Shown here: one piece after another, positions 29,263-37,252 of the stretch
Layout of the letters: every line of letters begins with the position of its first letter
How positions within the stretch are numbered: the stretch's first letter is position 1
Source: Escherichia phage T5
DNA length: 64,000 bases
Direction: 5' to 3' (one strand)
Sequence record: AY692264.1
The notes under the pieces: model-generated
The model's database searches: none
Told to the model about the DNA's origin: nothing
Seen by the model: the letters and a program-made list of their open reading frames with translations, nothing else
Program-made: the position numbers and the translations under genes

Positions 29263-29340
29263 TGGCAGGGGATATTGGATTTGAACCAATGATCTCGACT
29301 TCAAAGGCCGAAGCTTTAGGCCAAGCTAAGCTAATCCCCA
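29263..29340 (-). tRNA. tRNA-Gln (UUG)
   Basis: T-arm ATTGG-TTCAAAT-CCAAT, anticodon stem TCGGC/GTCGA with loop CTTTGAA. Confidence 0.5.
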
Positions 29341-29346
29341 ATTGTT

Positions 29347-29422
29347 TGGCAGAAGGTAGTGGGTTCGAACCACGATCAGTGGTTTCAGAGATCCCAGCCT
29401 TAACCGACTTGGCTAACCTTCT
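29347..29422 (-). tRNA. tRNA, anticodon unresolved
   Basis: perfect acceptor pairing AGAAGGT/ACCTTCT, T-loop TTCGAAC, CCA encoded; anticodon arm could not be folded cleanly by hand; 5' end overlaps HNH ORF 3' end. Confidence 0.45.
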
Positions 29423-29981
29423 TCTTAATACTTTTTGGATCTTTACCTGTTAAGGATTTATAACGTTTACGTAGTCCGTTATCAGATAATCCTAACTCTT
29501 TTGATGCTTTAACCCATGAATAGTTTATTACCCAATATTCTATTTGCTCTGCTGTAATATCAGGGCTACTCTTAGGTTTACAATCAAAACAAGTTTTAGA
29601 TGAAGAATTTATTTGTTTATTACAGTAAGGGCATTTATTACCACCTATTGTATGTCCTCTTTCAACTGTAGTTTTTATTCTATGATCTTGCTTGGTCATG
29701 ACTACTAGATTATCTAAGGAAAAATTCAATTTATTCCTATCTTTGTGATCCACTTCTAGCTCAGATTCTAGTGAAGGTAAATCTTTAAATACTCTAGCTA
29801 GTAATCTATGTAATACGATAGAGACATTCTTGCCCTGTTCATAGAATGTTACAAACGGATATCCTGCACTACCTAAATGATGTGTGAGTAATTTATTACT
29901 CTTGGTAGAGTAAACTTCTCCATATGGAGAGATTAAGTATTCGGGATATTCCGGAATTACTTTGAAATTTTCTAATTTCAT
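29400..29981 (-). CDS. HNH homing endonuclease with C-terminal HTH-like domain
   Basis: 193 aa; HNH motif EVDHKDRNKLNFSLDNLVVMTKQDH; paralog of 31025-31609. Confidence 0.65.
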   Translation of the reverse strand: MKLENFKVIPEYPEYLISPYGEVYSTKSNKLLTHHLGSAGYPFVTFYEQGKNVSIVLHRLLARVFKDLPSLESELEVDHKDRNKLNFSLDNLVVMTKQDHRIKTTVERGHTIGGNKCPYCNKQINSSSKTCFDCKPKSSPDITAEQIEYWVINYSWVKASKELGLSDNGLRKRYKSLTGKDPKSIKKKVSQVG

Positions 29982-29982
29982 C

Positions 29983-30183
29983 TTATTCTACAGGAACCGT
30001 GGCGATTGGCTCAGGTTCTTCAAGGCGCTTACCTTCATGATCTACTCGAATGACTCCGCATCCTTCGCAAACCACAACTGCACCATAACCTTCTTTGACT
30101 TCGGCTTCTGTAATCAGACCAGATAAGTCACCAGTATCTCTGCCCCACATATCAATGGAGCATTGTTTGCAGAAATCAGCCAT
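29983..30183 (-). CDS. small zinc-ribbon protein
   Basis: 66 aa with two CxxC pairs (CKQC ... CEGC). Confidence 0.4.
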   Translation of the reverse strand: MADFCKQCSIDMWGRDTGDLSGLITEAEVKEGYGAVVVCEGCGVIRVDHEGKRLEEPEPIATVPVE

Positions 30184-30208
30184 ATTTTATTTCCTATTTA
30201 AGTTAATT

Positions 30209-30285
30209 TGGGGTGGCTAGTGGAATTCGAATCCACATAGGCCTGATTCACAATCAGGATCATTAACCAATTATGATATAGCCAC
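30209..30285 (-). tRNA. tRNA-His (GUG)
   Basis: acceptor GTGGCTA/TAGCCAC, D-stem TCAT/ATGA, anticodon stem CCTGA/TCAGG with loop TTGTGAA, T-arm GTGGA-TTCGAAT-TCCAC, CCA encoded. Confidence 0.75.
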
Positions 30286-30514
30286 AATTGAAAACTCGCA
30301 GGGTTAGCGAAACCATCCTCAATTAGCATGTTCTAGAATACTAATCAAGTTATCTCCTATTGCACGCAGCTCAAGACGAGTACGAATTTTCAATTGTGGC
30401 GGCTCTCAGAAACTCTTCTATTCTAGCCCCAGAAGCTTACCCCCGAACGCATGTCGGGAAAGTCTTTCCAAGCGCATCAAATAGCACCGTTACACTTTGA
30501 GCCATTGATATATC

Positions 30515-30599
30515 AAGGAACAGAAGGAGTTGAACCTTCACGAGATAGACCATTTATCTCAACCGCTTTTAAGGTATATTTCTAGGAGTGGATGTTCCT
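30515..30599 (-). ncRNA. tRNA-like element, long-arm type, fold unresolved
   Basis: T-arm GAAGG-TTCAACT-CCTTC and acceptor pairing AGGAACA/TGTTCCT seen; D and anticodon arms not resolved by hand. Confidence 0.3.
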
Positions 30600-30654
30600 A
30601 GTAAACCTATTCGGCAGTCCCGTCTACCAATTCCGGCATATTCCAAGAATTTTT

Positions 30655-30828
30655 TATAAACCAGCAGAAGCCTCATTTAAAGCATCAACAATAGCTTCAC
30701 GCTGGGTCATTCCATACCCAGTGGAGTCTAGGTGAGGCAAATAGGCTGCCCATCCATTATCTGTTTCATGAAGGCATGCTTTAAATTTTTTACCGTCCTT
30801 CATTGTTACAGTAACTGTTTTGCTCATA
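30655..30828 (-). CDS. small protein (57 aa, below track cutoff)
   Basis: read manually; AAGGA RBS then ATG (MSKTVTVTMKDGKKFKACLHETDNGWAAYLPH...). Confidence 0.35.
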
Positions 30829-30847
30829 AGGATTCCTTATAGTTAAT

Positions 30848-30937
30848 TGGAGGAAGGTAATGGAGTCGAACCATCACCGTATCACTACAGCGGGCTAGTT
30901 TTCAAGACTAGTTGCGTACCACTACGCCCTACCTTCC
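30848..30937 (-). tRNA. tRNA-Ser (UGA), type II
   Basis: 90 nt; acceptor GGAAGGT/ACCTTCC, anticodon stem CTAGT/ACTAG with loop CTTGAAA, long variable arm, T-loop TTCGACT, CCA encoded. Confidence 0.65.
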
Positions 30938-30944
30938 ATTTGTT

Positions 30945-31038
30945 TGGCGGAAAAGATGGGAGTTGAACCCATAAGGCAATATTGCTATTACTCAACCGAT
31001 TTCCAATCGGGTTTAGTCGCCAGTCTATTTGCTTTTCC
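30945..31038 (-). tRNA. tRNA-Ser (GGA)-like, type II
   Basis: acceptor GGAAAAG/CTTTTCC, anticodon loop TTGGAAA, variable-arm hairpin GCAAT/ATTGC, T-arm ATGGG-TTCAACT-CCCAT; unusually long (94 nt); 5' end overlaps HNH ORF. Confidence 0.45.
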
Positions 31039-31609
31039 GTTGTTCTGTTAATACTTTTGGGCTTAATCCAGTTAGTTTAGTATACCTCCTGCGCAAAGTG
31101 GACTCTGATACTTCTAACTCTTTAGCTGCCTTAACCCACCCCATTAATAAAACCTTTTCAGTTATGTCGTCTAAAGACAATTCTGGTTTTATCAACCTTC
31201 CTGTAGGTTTTGGCTTACAATTTGTACATGTTACAGATCTCTGAAGCATTAGACTCCCACATAGGGGGCAAGGTACTCTACTGTCAGACCACCCATTATC
31301 TTTATTAGTTTTCCTCTGATGTTCTATTTTTGATAGGACTTGAAGATTATCTTTAGATAGATTCAGTCTATCTCTATCCTTATGATCTACCTCTAATTCA
31401 GGGTCAAATAGATTATATAAGTCCCCAAATACATGAGAAATAATTCGGTGTATAAGTACAGAGGTTTGTTTACCATTTATCTGTAATTTTACAGCAGGGT
31501 ATCCATCAACTATATATCTTGATAAAACTTTATTAGTAAATGTAGAGAACACATCCCCCGCCTCATTTACTAAATACCCTGGTGCATCTTTTATTGGTAC
31601 AAACTGCAT
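31025..31609 (-). CDS. HNH homing endonuclease with C-terminal HTH-like domain
   Basis: 194 aa; ELEVDHKDRDRLNLSKDNLQVLSKIEH; paralog of 29400-29981. Confidence 0.65.
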   Translation of the reverse strand: MQFVPIKDAPGYLVNEAGDVFSTFTNKVLSRYIVDGYPAVKLQINGKQTSVLIHRIISHVFGDLYNLFDPELEVDHKDRDRLNLSKDNLQVLSKIEHQRKTNKDNGWSDSRVPCPLCGSLMLQRSVTCTNCKPKPTGRLIKPELSLDDITEKVLLMGWVKAAKELEVSESTLRRRYTKLTGLSPKVLTEQRKSK

Positions 31610-31626
31610 ACATAAATCCTATGAGT

Positions 31627-31711
31627 TGGTGGGGCTAGGGAGACTCGAACTCCCACGCATTTAAGCTACGGAATCTAAGGCCGTATTGTCTACCAGTTCC
31701 AGCATAGCCCC
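31627..31711 (-). tRNA. tRNA-Leu (UAG), type II
   Basis: 85 nt; acceptor GGGGCTA/TAGCCCC, anticodon loop CTTAGAT, T-arm GGGAG-TTCGAGT-CTCCC, CCA encoded. Confidence 0.65.
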
Positions 31712-31716
31712 GAATT

Positions 31717-31791
31717 TGGTGGACAAAGAGGGACTCGAACCCTCCCTACCAGATTGCAAGTCTGGTGTGCTCCCGCTGACACTATTCGCCC
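31717..31791 (-). tRNA. tRNA-Ala (UGC)
   Basis: acceptor GGGCGAA/TTTGTCC with G-U pairs, D-stem GTGT/ACAC, anticodon stem CCAGA/TCTGG with loop CTTGCAA, T-arm GAGGG-TTCGAGT-CCCTC. Confidence 0.7.
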
Positions 31792-31990
31792 AAATTATTT
31801 AGTTTACTAAGGCTATTAGCTCGGCGTAACTACAGCACCTTCGCTTCAAGCGGAAGGAACCGCGTCATCTCGCAAACCCAATACACTATTCAGTTGCCGC
31901 TGAATCTAGTGGACTAATCTAGAACTTCTCCCAAATCGTAGGGATCGTGCTTTTTGGCAGCCAGTCCTAGGTCGAGCTAATACCTTAGTG
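31792..31990 (-). ncRNA. unassigned structured segment (candidate stable RNA or tRNA-operon leader)
   Basis: about 200 nt between promoter 32030 and tRNA-Ala with no ORF over 12 aa; hairpins CCTTCGC-TTCAA-GCGGAAGG and CTAG-N9-CTAG. Confidence 0.3.
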
Positions 31991-32029
31991 AACTATGATG
32001 GGGATTTCTCCTCATCAATTTATATAAAT

Positions 32030-32058
32030 ATTATAACAAGAAATTAAGCATTAAGCAA
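32030..32058 (-). promoter_or_regulatory. T5-type early promoter (TTGCTT-17-TATAAT) heading the tRNA operon
   Basis: ATTATA 32030-32035, AAGCAA 32053-32058. Confidence 0.7.
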
Positions 32059-32083
32059 CTGCGTTTTTGAAATTTCTTGGACT

Positions 32084-32157
32084 TGGTACTCGGTGATAGA
32101 ATCGAACTATCACAACCGCCGTGTAAAGGCGGGGTTCTCCCATTATACTAACCGAGC
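32084..32157 (-). tRNA. tRNA-Val (UAC)
   Basis: acceptor GCTCGGT/ACCGAGT, anticodon stem CCGCC/GGCGG with loop TTTACAC, T-arm GATAG-TTCGATT-CTATC, CCA encoded. Confidence 0.7.
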
Positions 32158-32164
32158 AAAAATT

Positions 32165-32242
32165 TGGTGGGTTGCACAGGACTCGAACCTGTAACCTATG
32201 GTTTAAAAGACCAGTGCTCTAAACCAGTTGAGCTAGCAACCC
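32165..32242 (-). tRNA. tRNA-Lys (UUU)
   Basis: acceptor GGGTTGC/GCAACCC, D-stem GCTC/GAGC, anticodon loop CTTTTAA, T-arm ACAGG-TTCGAGT-CCTGT, CCA encoded. Confidence 0.7.
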
Positions 32243-32410
32243 TTAGTAACCATTATATACTTCTTTAATAGTATGGACTTTCAAATAAAGGTGATTAGTA
32301 CTAAACTCCGCCATTACTTCTTTTTCATTTTTTCCATAATGTGCAAGTAAGGATTTTGATGTATTCTTACCTAAACGTTTGTCACTTACTACTAATCGAA
32401 ATACTTTCAT
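32243..32410 (-). CDS. small protein (55 aa, below track cutoff)
   Basis: read manually; GAGGA RBS then ATG (MKVFRLVVSDKRLGKNTSKSLLAHYGKNEKEVMAEF...). Confidence 0.35.
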   Translation of the reverse strand: MKVFRLVVSDKRLGKNTSKSLLAHYGKNEKEVMAEFSTNHLYLKVHTIKEVYNGY

Positions 32411-32430
32411 TTCGAAATCCTCTATTAAAA

Positions 32431-32508
32431 TGGAAGCGGGTGCAGGAATCGAACCTACCTCTTTCTAGCTTATGAGACTAGCGATCTCTACCAGAGATCT
32501 AACCCGCA
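32431..32508 (-). tRNA. tRNA-Met (CAU)
   Basis: D-stem GATC/GATC, anticodon stem CTAGT/GCTAG with loop CTCATAA, T-loop TTCGATT, CCA encoded. Confidence 0.65.
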
Positions 32509-32514
32509 ATTGTT

Positions 32515-32591
32515 TGGTCTCCAATGAAGGACTCGAACCTTCAACCCCACCGCCCCAAACGGTGTACTCTAGCCAATTGAGCTAATCGGAG
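32515..32591 (-). tRNA. tRNA-Pro (UGG)
   Basis: acceptor CTCCGAT/ATTGGAG, D-stem GCTC/GAGT, anticodon stem CACCG/CGGTG with loop TTTGGGG, T-arm GAAGG-TTCGAGT-CCTTC. Confidence 0.7.
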
Positions 32592-32595
32592 AAAA

Positions 32596-32754
32596 TTATT
32601 TCTTCAGCCACAACATGCTTAATCCTAGCATTGTAAAGCCTGTACTTAATCCTATTACCTTTTCTATCATAGAAAAGTTATCTATGTTAAATCCTACTAT
32701 TACTATAGGGATAACCCAAGTACACATGAATACTGATGCAATTTTATACTTCAC
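32596..32754 (-). CDS. small hydrophobic peptide (about 43-52 aa)
   Basis: read manually; GAGAAGGAAAG RBS, GTG or downstream ATG start; TM-like sequence (WVIPIVIVGF...). Confidence 0.3.
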   Translation of the reverse strand: MKYKIASVFMCTWVIPIVIVGFNIDNFSMIEKVIGLSTGFTMLGLSMLWLKK

Positions 32755-32787
32755 TTAGCTTTCCTTCTCTTCACTTTATAAGATATA

Positions 32788-32815
32788 TTATACAGAGAAT
32801 TAAGCATAATAGCAA
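32788..32815 (-). promoter_or_regulatory. T5-type early promoter (TTGCTA-16-TATAAT)
   Basis: ATTATA 32788-32793, TAGCAA 32810-32815. Confidence 0.6.
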
Positions 32816-32959
32816 CTACATTTTTCATAAATTTACTTATTGTGTAGGCCACCTGGAGGCTACCAACCCCACGGCTGACAAAGAAGTTTGCGAGACTTCT
32901 CTTAAAAGCCAGAATAGACCCGCCGATCTATCGGAACCTACATAATAAGTAAACTTTAT

Positions 32960-33110
32960 AGTGTCATCCTAGACAGGATTCGAACCTGCTATCACTTGTG
33001 CGGACTTACGAGAACCATTCTTTCACTCGAATCGAACGAGCTTCTGCCCTCGCCAAGTTGGTTTCCCCATCAACCACGCTAGAATGTTAGATTGTTTTCA
33101 GTGCAAGAGT
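32960..33110 (-). ncRNA. two T-arm-like motifs without resolvable cloverleaf (degenerate tRNA or structured RNA)
   Basis: GCAGG-TTCGAAT-CCTGT and GCTCG-TTCGATT-CGAGT equivalents on minus strand; no matching acceptor stems found by hand. Confidence 0.25.
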
Positions 33111-33207
33111 CCGAGTCTTGGACACGACCGCTTCGCAAGTACATAGGCAGCTTATCATGAGTCAGCACTTCCGAATTGCTAGCTCCGTGTTCTGCACTGA
33201 AATTTTA

Positions 33208-33555
33208 TTAGTTTAACCGTAAAGTATTATCTACTTCACCATTAATTGTTCGGCACTCCTCTGGGATTGCCGGAGTGGCCTTGTATTCCCACCACTCAGC
33301 ACCATCATATTCCCCACGTTCTAGCCAAGTTCCGTCGGCAAACCATACATTACCATAAAGTAATTGTCCACCGTATCCAGAATCATATTCAAAGTCTAGG
33401 TTATCAAGAAAATCCTCAATATCTTCTTCTGTATAACCTAAAGGTAATACCCAAACTTTTTTATCCCCATAATACCCGAATTCTATTTTAATACACTTAA
33501 CTTCAGAATTAGTATTTTTTAAGGCAAGTAACAGCTCTTCTTTGGCATTACGCAT
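33208..33555 (-). CDS. hypothetical protein (start adjusted; track ORF start runs into tRNA-Asp)
   Basis: internal Met MRNAKEELL at 33555. Confidence 0.45.
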   Translation of the reverse strand: MRNAKEELLLALKNTNSEVKCIKIEFGYYGDKKVWVLPLGYTEEDIEDFLDNLDFEYDSGYGGQLLYGNVWFADGTWLERGEYDGAEWWEYKATPAIPEECRTINGEVDNTLRLN

Positions 33556-33580
33556 AGTATATTCCCATACTGAATTAATT

Positions 33581-33657
33581 TGGCGCGACCGATGGGATTT
33601 GAACCCACATTCTCTCCCGTGACAGGGGAGTACCATTACCAAGCCAGCCCCGGTCGC
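33581..33657 (-). tRNA. tRNA-Asp (GUC)
   Basis: acceptor GCGACCG/CGGTCGC, anticodon stem CTCCC/GGGAG with loop CTGTCAC, T-arm GTGGG-TTCAAAT-CCCAT, CCA encoded. Confidence 0.7.
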
Positions 33658-33666
33658 ATAATTTAT

Positions 33667-33846
33667 TTACTCAGCTTTGAGTTGTGATTTCAACCAGTTA
33701 GTAAACCCCAGCTCAGTTACGCAATCTTTATCAATACGTTGCAGGTCTCCTAGAACCGTACTTAGATGCTTAACTGATACAGCGTCACCACTTTTGCGAG
33801 CAGCTTCAATCAACTCTCGCAGTACATAAAGCATATTCATGCCCAT
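33667..33846 (-). CDS. small protein (59 aa)
   Basis: read manually; start overlaps upstream stop (TAATG). Confidence 0.35.
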   Translation of the reverse strand: MGMNMLYVLRELIEAARKSGDAVSVKHLSTVLGDLQRIDKDCVTELGFTNWLKSQLKAE

Positions 33847-34016
33847 TATTTCATCCCCAATGCTTGGTTAAAAGATTGTTCTGTCATAACTGCTGAAACT
33901 TTGGCGAAATCAAACTTTTTAGGGTTCGTAGTGATCTCAGCAACGTTGGAAGTTTTAACAGTTTTCGTAGTACGAATACCGCGAGTGTTAACACCAATGA
34001 CGATCAAGTTTTTCAT
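33846..34016 (-). CDS. small protein (56 aa)
   Basis: read manually; GAGGAAG RBS, downstream of promoter 34048. Confidence 0.35.
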   Translation of the reverse strand: MKNLIVIGVNTRGIRTTKTVKTSNVAEITTNPKKFDFAKVSAVMTEQSFNQALGMK

Positions 34017-34047
34017 ATTTCGCTTCCTCTCATTAATTTATGAAAGT

Positions 34048-34076
34048 ATTATACAGAAGTTTAAGTATTTAAGCAA
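34048..34076 (-). promoter_or_regulatory. T5-type early promoter (TTGCTT-17-TATAAT)
   Basis: ATTATA 34048-34053, AAGCAA 34071-34076. Confidence 0.7.
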
Positions 34077-34084
34077 ATAAATTT

Positions 34085-34552
34085 TTAAGTTTTAGTGACA
34101 GCAGGCTTATAAAATGTATGTCCCTTAATCTTAGTTGTTTTCTTAAACTTCTTTGTCCAGTATGGTTTATCTTTACCACTATGGAAGTATAAAGCTCCAT
34201 GTGTAGGATCTTGTGGTAAATCAACGTAGTATATCACTCTAGCTAAATTCTTGGCGGTTTGCCAAGCCTCATCGGTTTTATCGACTTTTGGTCTCTTAGA
34301 TACCCAAGAGAACTGGTTAGACTGATATACTACTTTACAGTAGGAATCTGGAAATTTGCCGGAGTTTACACGGTTTTTAGTAACCTGTGCAACCGCCATC
34401 ATTCCCTTTATGCCCTCACCACGACTCTCGAAATAGATATTTTTAGCAATGCAATCTATTTCTTTTGCATCGTGCGATGCTTGACTACTAAAGCTGAAGG
34501 TAAGGGCAGCTACTAAAAGCAAAGCTGCCTTCATTCTTTTTACTCCTGCCAA
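34085..34552 (-). CDS. secreted SleB-like cell-wall hydrolase
   Basis: 155 aa; N-terminal signal peptide; NIYFESRGEG ... QVTKNRV ... YQSNQFSW resembles SleB/Hydrolase_2 signature. Confidence 0.55.
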   Translation of the reverse strand: MAGVKRMKAALLLVAALTFSFSSQASHDAKEIDCIAKNIYFESRGEGIKGMMAVAQVTKNRVNSGKFPDSYCKVVYQSNQFSWVSKRPKVDKTDEAWQTAKNLARVIYYVDLPQDPTHGALYFHSGKDKPYWTKKFKKTTKIKGHTFYKPAVTKT

Positions 34553-34857
34553 TCGTATTCAATACGATTGGGGTTTTCTTTGTATCCCAAGTCAAGCAAA
34601 TCATTACGCATAGTTTGCTTAGCTACGGGATTCGAGGTTACTAGTACCACTTTCTTTGGTCTCTGCCCAAATTCTAAAAGTAAACGAAGAATTTGATAAC
34701 CTTCCATACCATCTACAGCCAAATCGTTATCGAAATAAACAAAATGGCCAGTGGTATCAGTTTTATTCAGAAACTCGATAGCGGCTTCTGGGGTTCGAAT
34801 GATAATGTCCATTCCGTGAAGATTACGCACATCATCAATCAAAATATGAAAAGTCAT
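34540..34857 (-). CDS. hypothetical protein (possible receiver-like fold)
   Basis: 105 aa ORF; weak resemblance only. Confidence 0.35.
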   Translation of the reverse strand: MTFHILIDDVRNLHGMDIIIRTPEAAIEFLNKTDTTGHFVYFDNDLAVDGMEGYQILRLLLEFGQRPKKVVLVTSNPVAKQTMRNDLLDLGYKENPNRIEYDWQE

Positions 34858-34887
34858 AATAGCCTCGTTTCATCAATTTAAAAATAT

Positions 34888-34916
34888 ATTATACAGAAAA
34901 CTTAATAAATTAGCAA
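34888..34916 (-). promoter_or_regulatory. T5-type early promoter (TTGCTA-17-TATAAT)
   Basis: ATTATA 34888-34893, TAGCAA 34911-34916. Confidence 0.7.
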
Positions 34917-35299
34917 ATACATTTTTAAATTGTGAAACTAGTAAACCGATAAACAGCCTAGAGGCGCCACAGGCCATATCTTACGAGCCATGTACCTTTG
35001 ATCTAGGGTTTGAATCATCAACGAATACTTTGCATCTTTTAGCTTTAGAAGTTTAGAAGTTTGAGTTCTTTAAACTTTTCAGCTTTCATACTTAAATGTT
35101 GATCTTTGAAGTTGTGTCGGTAATATCAACGACTTTTTGTTTTTACGTGTCAGATTAAATGTCTGATGTAATAAACATAATCTCCAATAGATTATACTTT
35201 ATAGTATGGTCAGCGGTCTTATTTAACCTCGTATTTCAACCGCTGCTGCGAGGTAAGATGCTTGGGCTTTCGTCTACCGATTTACTAGCTTTTAAATTA

Positions 35300-35938
35300 T
35301 TACTCTACTTCAATGAAGGTAGAGGCATTAGACTCGGACAGAACAAAGTCAACATTTGTTGCAAAGTCCTGGTATTCCTCGTCATGCTGTTTAATCAGCT
35401 TCTCCAGTCCCAGCGGATCAATCAAGAATGGAGTATTCTTGAGTTCCAACAGGTTGAGCTGCATTTTAACTTCATCTTCGGAAGTTTTCTTATCGCGGGT
35501 AGCCATGCTATCCTGCAAACGCTCATATTTAGCATCAAACTGTGCTTTCTGCGTATTAAACTTAACCGTAGCGGCATGGAACTGCTTACGCATATTAGCC
35601 AGCAACTGAGCTTTAAGCTCCATAGAACGCTTAGCTTCAATTGCTTCTGCAACAGTCATTTTACGAGAACCGATCTCAACGATCGTTTCTGCGTTGCTCT
35701 TAATCAGAGCAGCTTTGATACGATCACGCTGGGACATCATATCCAGCAGAGACTGGAAATCAGTCTTAATACGAGTAGACAGGGCATCTACTTCGATTGC
35801 GGCGCCAACTACAACCTGGTTTTTATCCTTACCTTCACCAACAGCGATCAGAAGCTGTTGTTCAGTAGCTTTACGGATTTTAGCTTCCAGAGATTTGATG
35901 GTTGCCAGAGCACGAGTTTTAGAAATACGAGTGGTCAT
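35300..35938 (-). CDS. coiled-coil protein
   Basis: 212 aa; chosen over antisense plus-strand ORFs on operon direction and residue composition. Confidence 0.5.
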   Translation of the reverse strand: MTTRISKTRALATIKSLEAKIRKATEQQLLIAVGEGKDKNQVVVGAAIEVDALSTRIKTDFQSLLDMMSQRDRIKAALIKSNAETIVEIGSRKMTVAEAIEAKRSMELKAQLLANMRKQFHAATVKFNTQKAQFDAKYERLQDSMATRDKKTSEDEVKMQLNLLELKNTPFLIDPLGLEKLIKQHDEEYQDFATNVDFVLSESNASTFIEVE

Positions 35939-35990
35939 TGTTTCTTCCTTATATGAAGTTTAAGATTTGAATTTGTTTAAAGTTGGTCTA

Positions 35991-36173
35991 TTACAGACCA
36001 ATTGCCAGTAGGGTACGCAGAACAGTATCTTTACTGTTATCAATTTTAGGATTAGCACGATTTAGCAGATCAAAGATTTTCTGGACACCTGATTGACGTT
36101 CAGCCATACGACGGATACCCAGATTACGAGTAGCTTTCTTACCATTTTTACGAACATTTTTAGATACTGGCAT
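35991..36173 (-). CDS. small basic protein
   Basis: 60 aa, Lys/Arg-rich; downstream of promoter 36214. Confidence 0.4.
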   Translation of the reverse strand: MPVSKNVRKNGKKATRNLGIRRMAERQSGVQKIFDLLNRANPKIDNSKDTVLRTLLAIGL

Positions 36174-36213
36174 ATTTGTTTTCCTTTTGTTGTTTTCTCA
36201 AATTTATGAATAT

Positions 36214-36242
36214 ATTATACAGAATTTTGAAGCTGGAAGCAA
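36214..36242 (-). promoter_or_regulatory. T5-type early promoter (TTGCTT-17-TATAAT)
   Basis: ATTATA 36214-36219, AAGCAA 36237-36242. Confidence 0.7.
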
Positions 36243-36243
36243 A

Positions 36244-36945
36244 TCAAATTTTGATTTTTTCGACCATAGCTGCAACACAATAGCTCTCAACTAAGGCATC
36301 GAATGCTGGGTCATGTTTAACTGGGTAGATTCCATAACGAATGGTGTCCATCTTCTCCATCTTAGCTTTTGCCCAGCTAATCCCCTCTGCTTCTAGGTCT
36401 TTGTAGCTATAACCAGCCTGCATCCAGAGATTGCGGAGAGATCGAACATTGCCCAAGTTCCAGAATTTCCACGGAACTATTTCTTCATTGGTTCCAGCAT
36501 GAAACGTATTTGCAGAATAGATAGTCATATCAAATTCTGGGCCGTTGCCATAATACAAAGCATTCTCACCTAGAGCCAACTCCATAATATTTTGGGCCAT
36601 AGAGTAAGCAGCATAGTTAGAGCCGAGTTTATTAGTACAACGATGTTTACCATTTTGGAATGCAATCAGCTTTGGATTACGATCGTTCATAGCTTCCATA
36701 ATATGGAGAGCTGATGGACTATTTTTAGCTTGATCCATCCAGAATGCTAGAGTAGATGCCGTAACTTTAGCTCCAGAATTAAGCTGATCTTGTACATCCA
36801 AAGTAACAAACACTAGATCGGGGTCTTTATCAATTCCATGCATAGCCACAAAAGCGAAAGAAGGCATTGCGATATGAGTAGTACCGCAATCTCCTGGAGT
36901 TCCTAGAGATTCAATATCTAGCATACCAAATGGTTTTACTTTCAT
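36244..36945 (-). CDS. hypothetical protein, possible DEDD-type exonuclease
   Basis: 233 aa; N-terminal FGMLDIESLG resembles exonuclease motif I; weak. Confidence 0.35.
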   Translation of the reverse strand: MKVKPFGMLDIESLGTPGDCGTTHIAMPSFAFVAMHGIDKDPDLVFVTLDVQDQLNSGAKVTASTLAFWMDQAKNSPSALHIMEAMNDRNPKLIAFQNGKHRCTNKLGSNYAAYSMAQNIMELALGENALYYGNGPEFDMTIYSANTFHAGTNEEIVPWKFWNLGNVRSLRNLWMQAGYSYKDLEAEGISWAKAKMEKMDTIRYGIYPVKHDPAFDALVESYCVAAMVEKIKI

Positions 36946-36973
36946 AACTTATCTTTTATTGCGTAGAAAACTA

Positions 36974-37210
36974 TTAAAGAGCTGTCTCTTTAATAGACTC
37001 CCACTTCTTGAGGTCTTTAGAACCAGGAAGCATATCCTCACTGACATCCCAGTTCTCTTCCATAGAGAAGTCAGGCCATTCATTCCAGCTACCTTCCAGC
37101 TCTTCATAACAGGTATTCATTACCTCATGACTAGAAAGTCGTGTATAATCTCTAGCGGATTTATGGGTGCTAGCACGGTTAAAATCATTCTTTGCTACAA
37201 AATTACGCAT
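36974..37210 (-). CDS. hypothetical acidic protein
   Basis: 78 aa ORF. Confidence 0.4.
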   Translation of the reverse strand: MRNFVAKNDFNRASTHKSARDYTRLSSHEVMNTCYEELEGSWNEWPDFSMEENWDVSEDMLPGSKDLKKWESIKETAL

Positions 37211-37252
37211 AGTTTCTCCAAAATATGAGGGGCTTTCGCCCCTATTTATCTA

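Noticed and set aside
28703-29453. Plus-strand ORFs 28703-29020, 28999-29292 and 29244-29453
   Set aside because: They overlap tRNA genes and minus-strand ORFs, with no promoter or RBS; artefacts of the six-frame translation.
32736-32945. ORF 32736-32945 (69 aa, plus strand)
   Set aside because: Runs antisense across a minus-strand promoter and small ORF in the tRNA cluster; no expression signals.
35159-35963. Plus-strand ORFs 35159-35956 (265 aa), 35313-35609 and 35694-35963
   Set aside because: Antisense to the better minus-strand ORF 35300-35938 in a minus-strand operon with its own promoter; translations are Leu/Ser/Phe-rich, typical of antisense frames.
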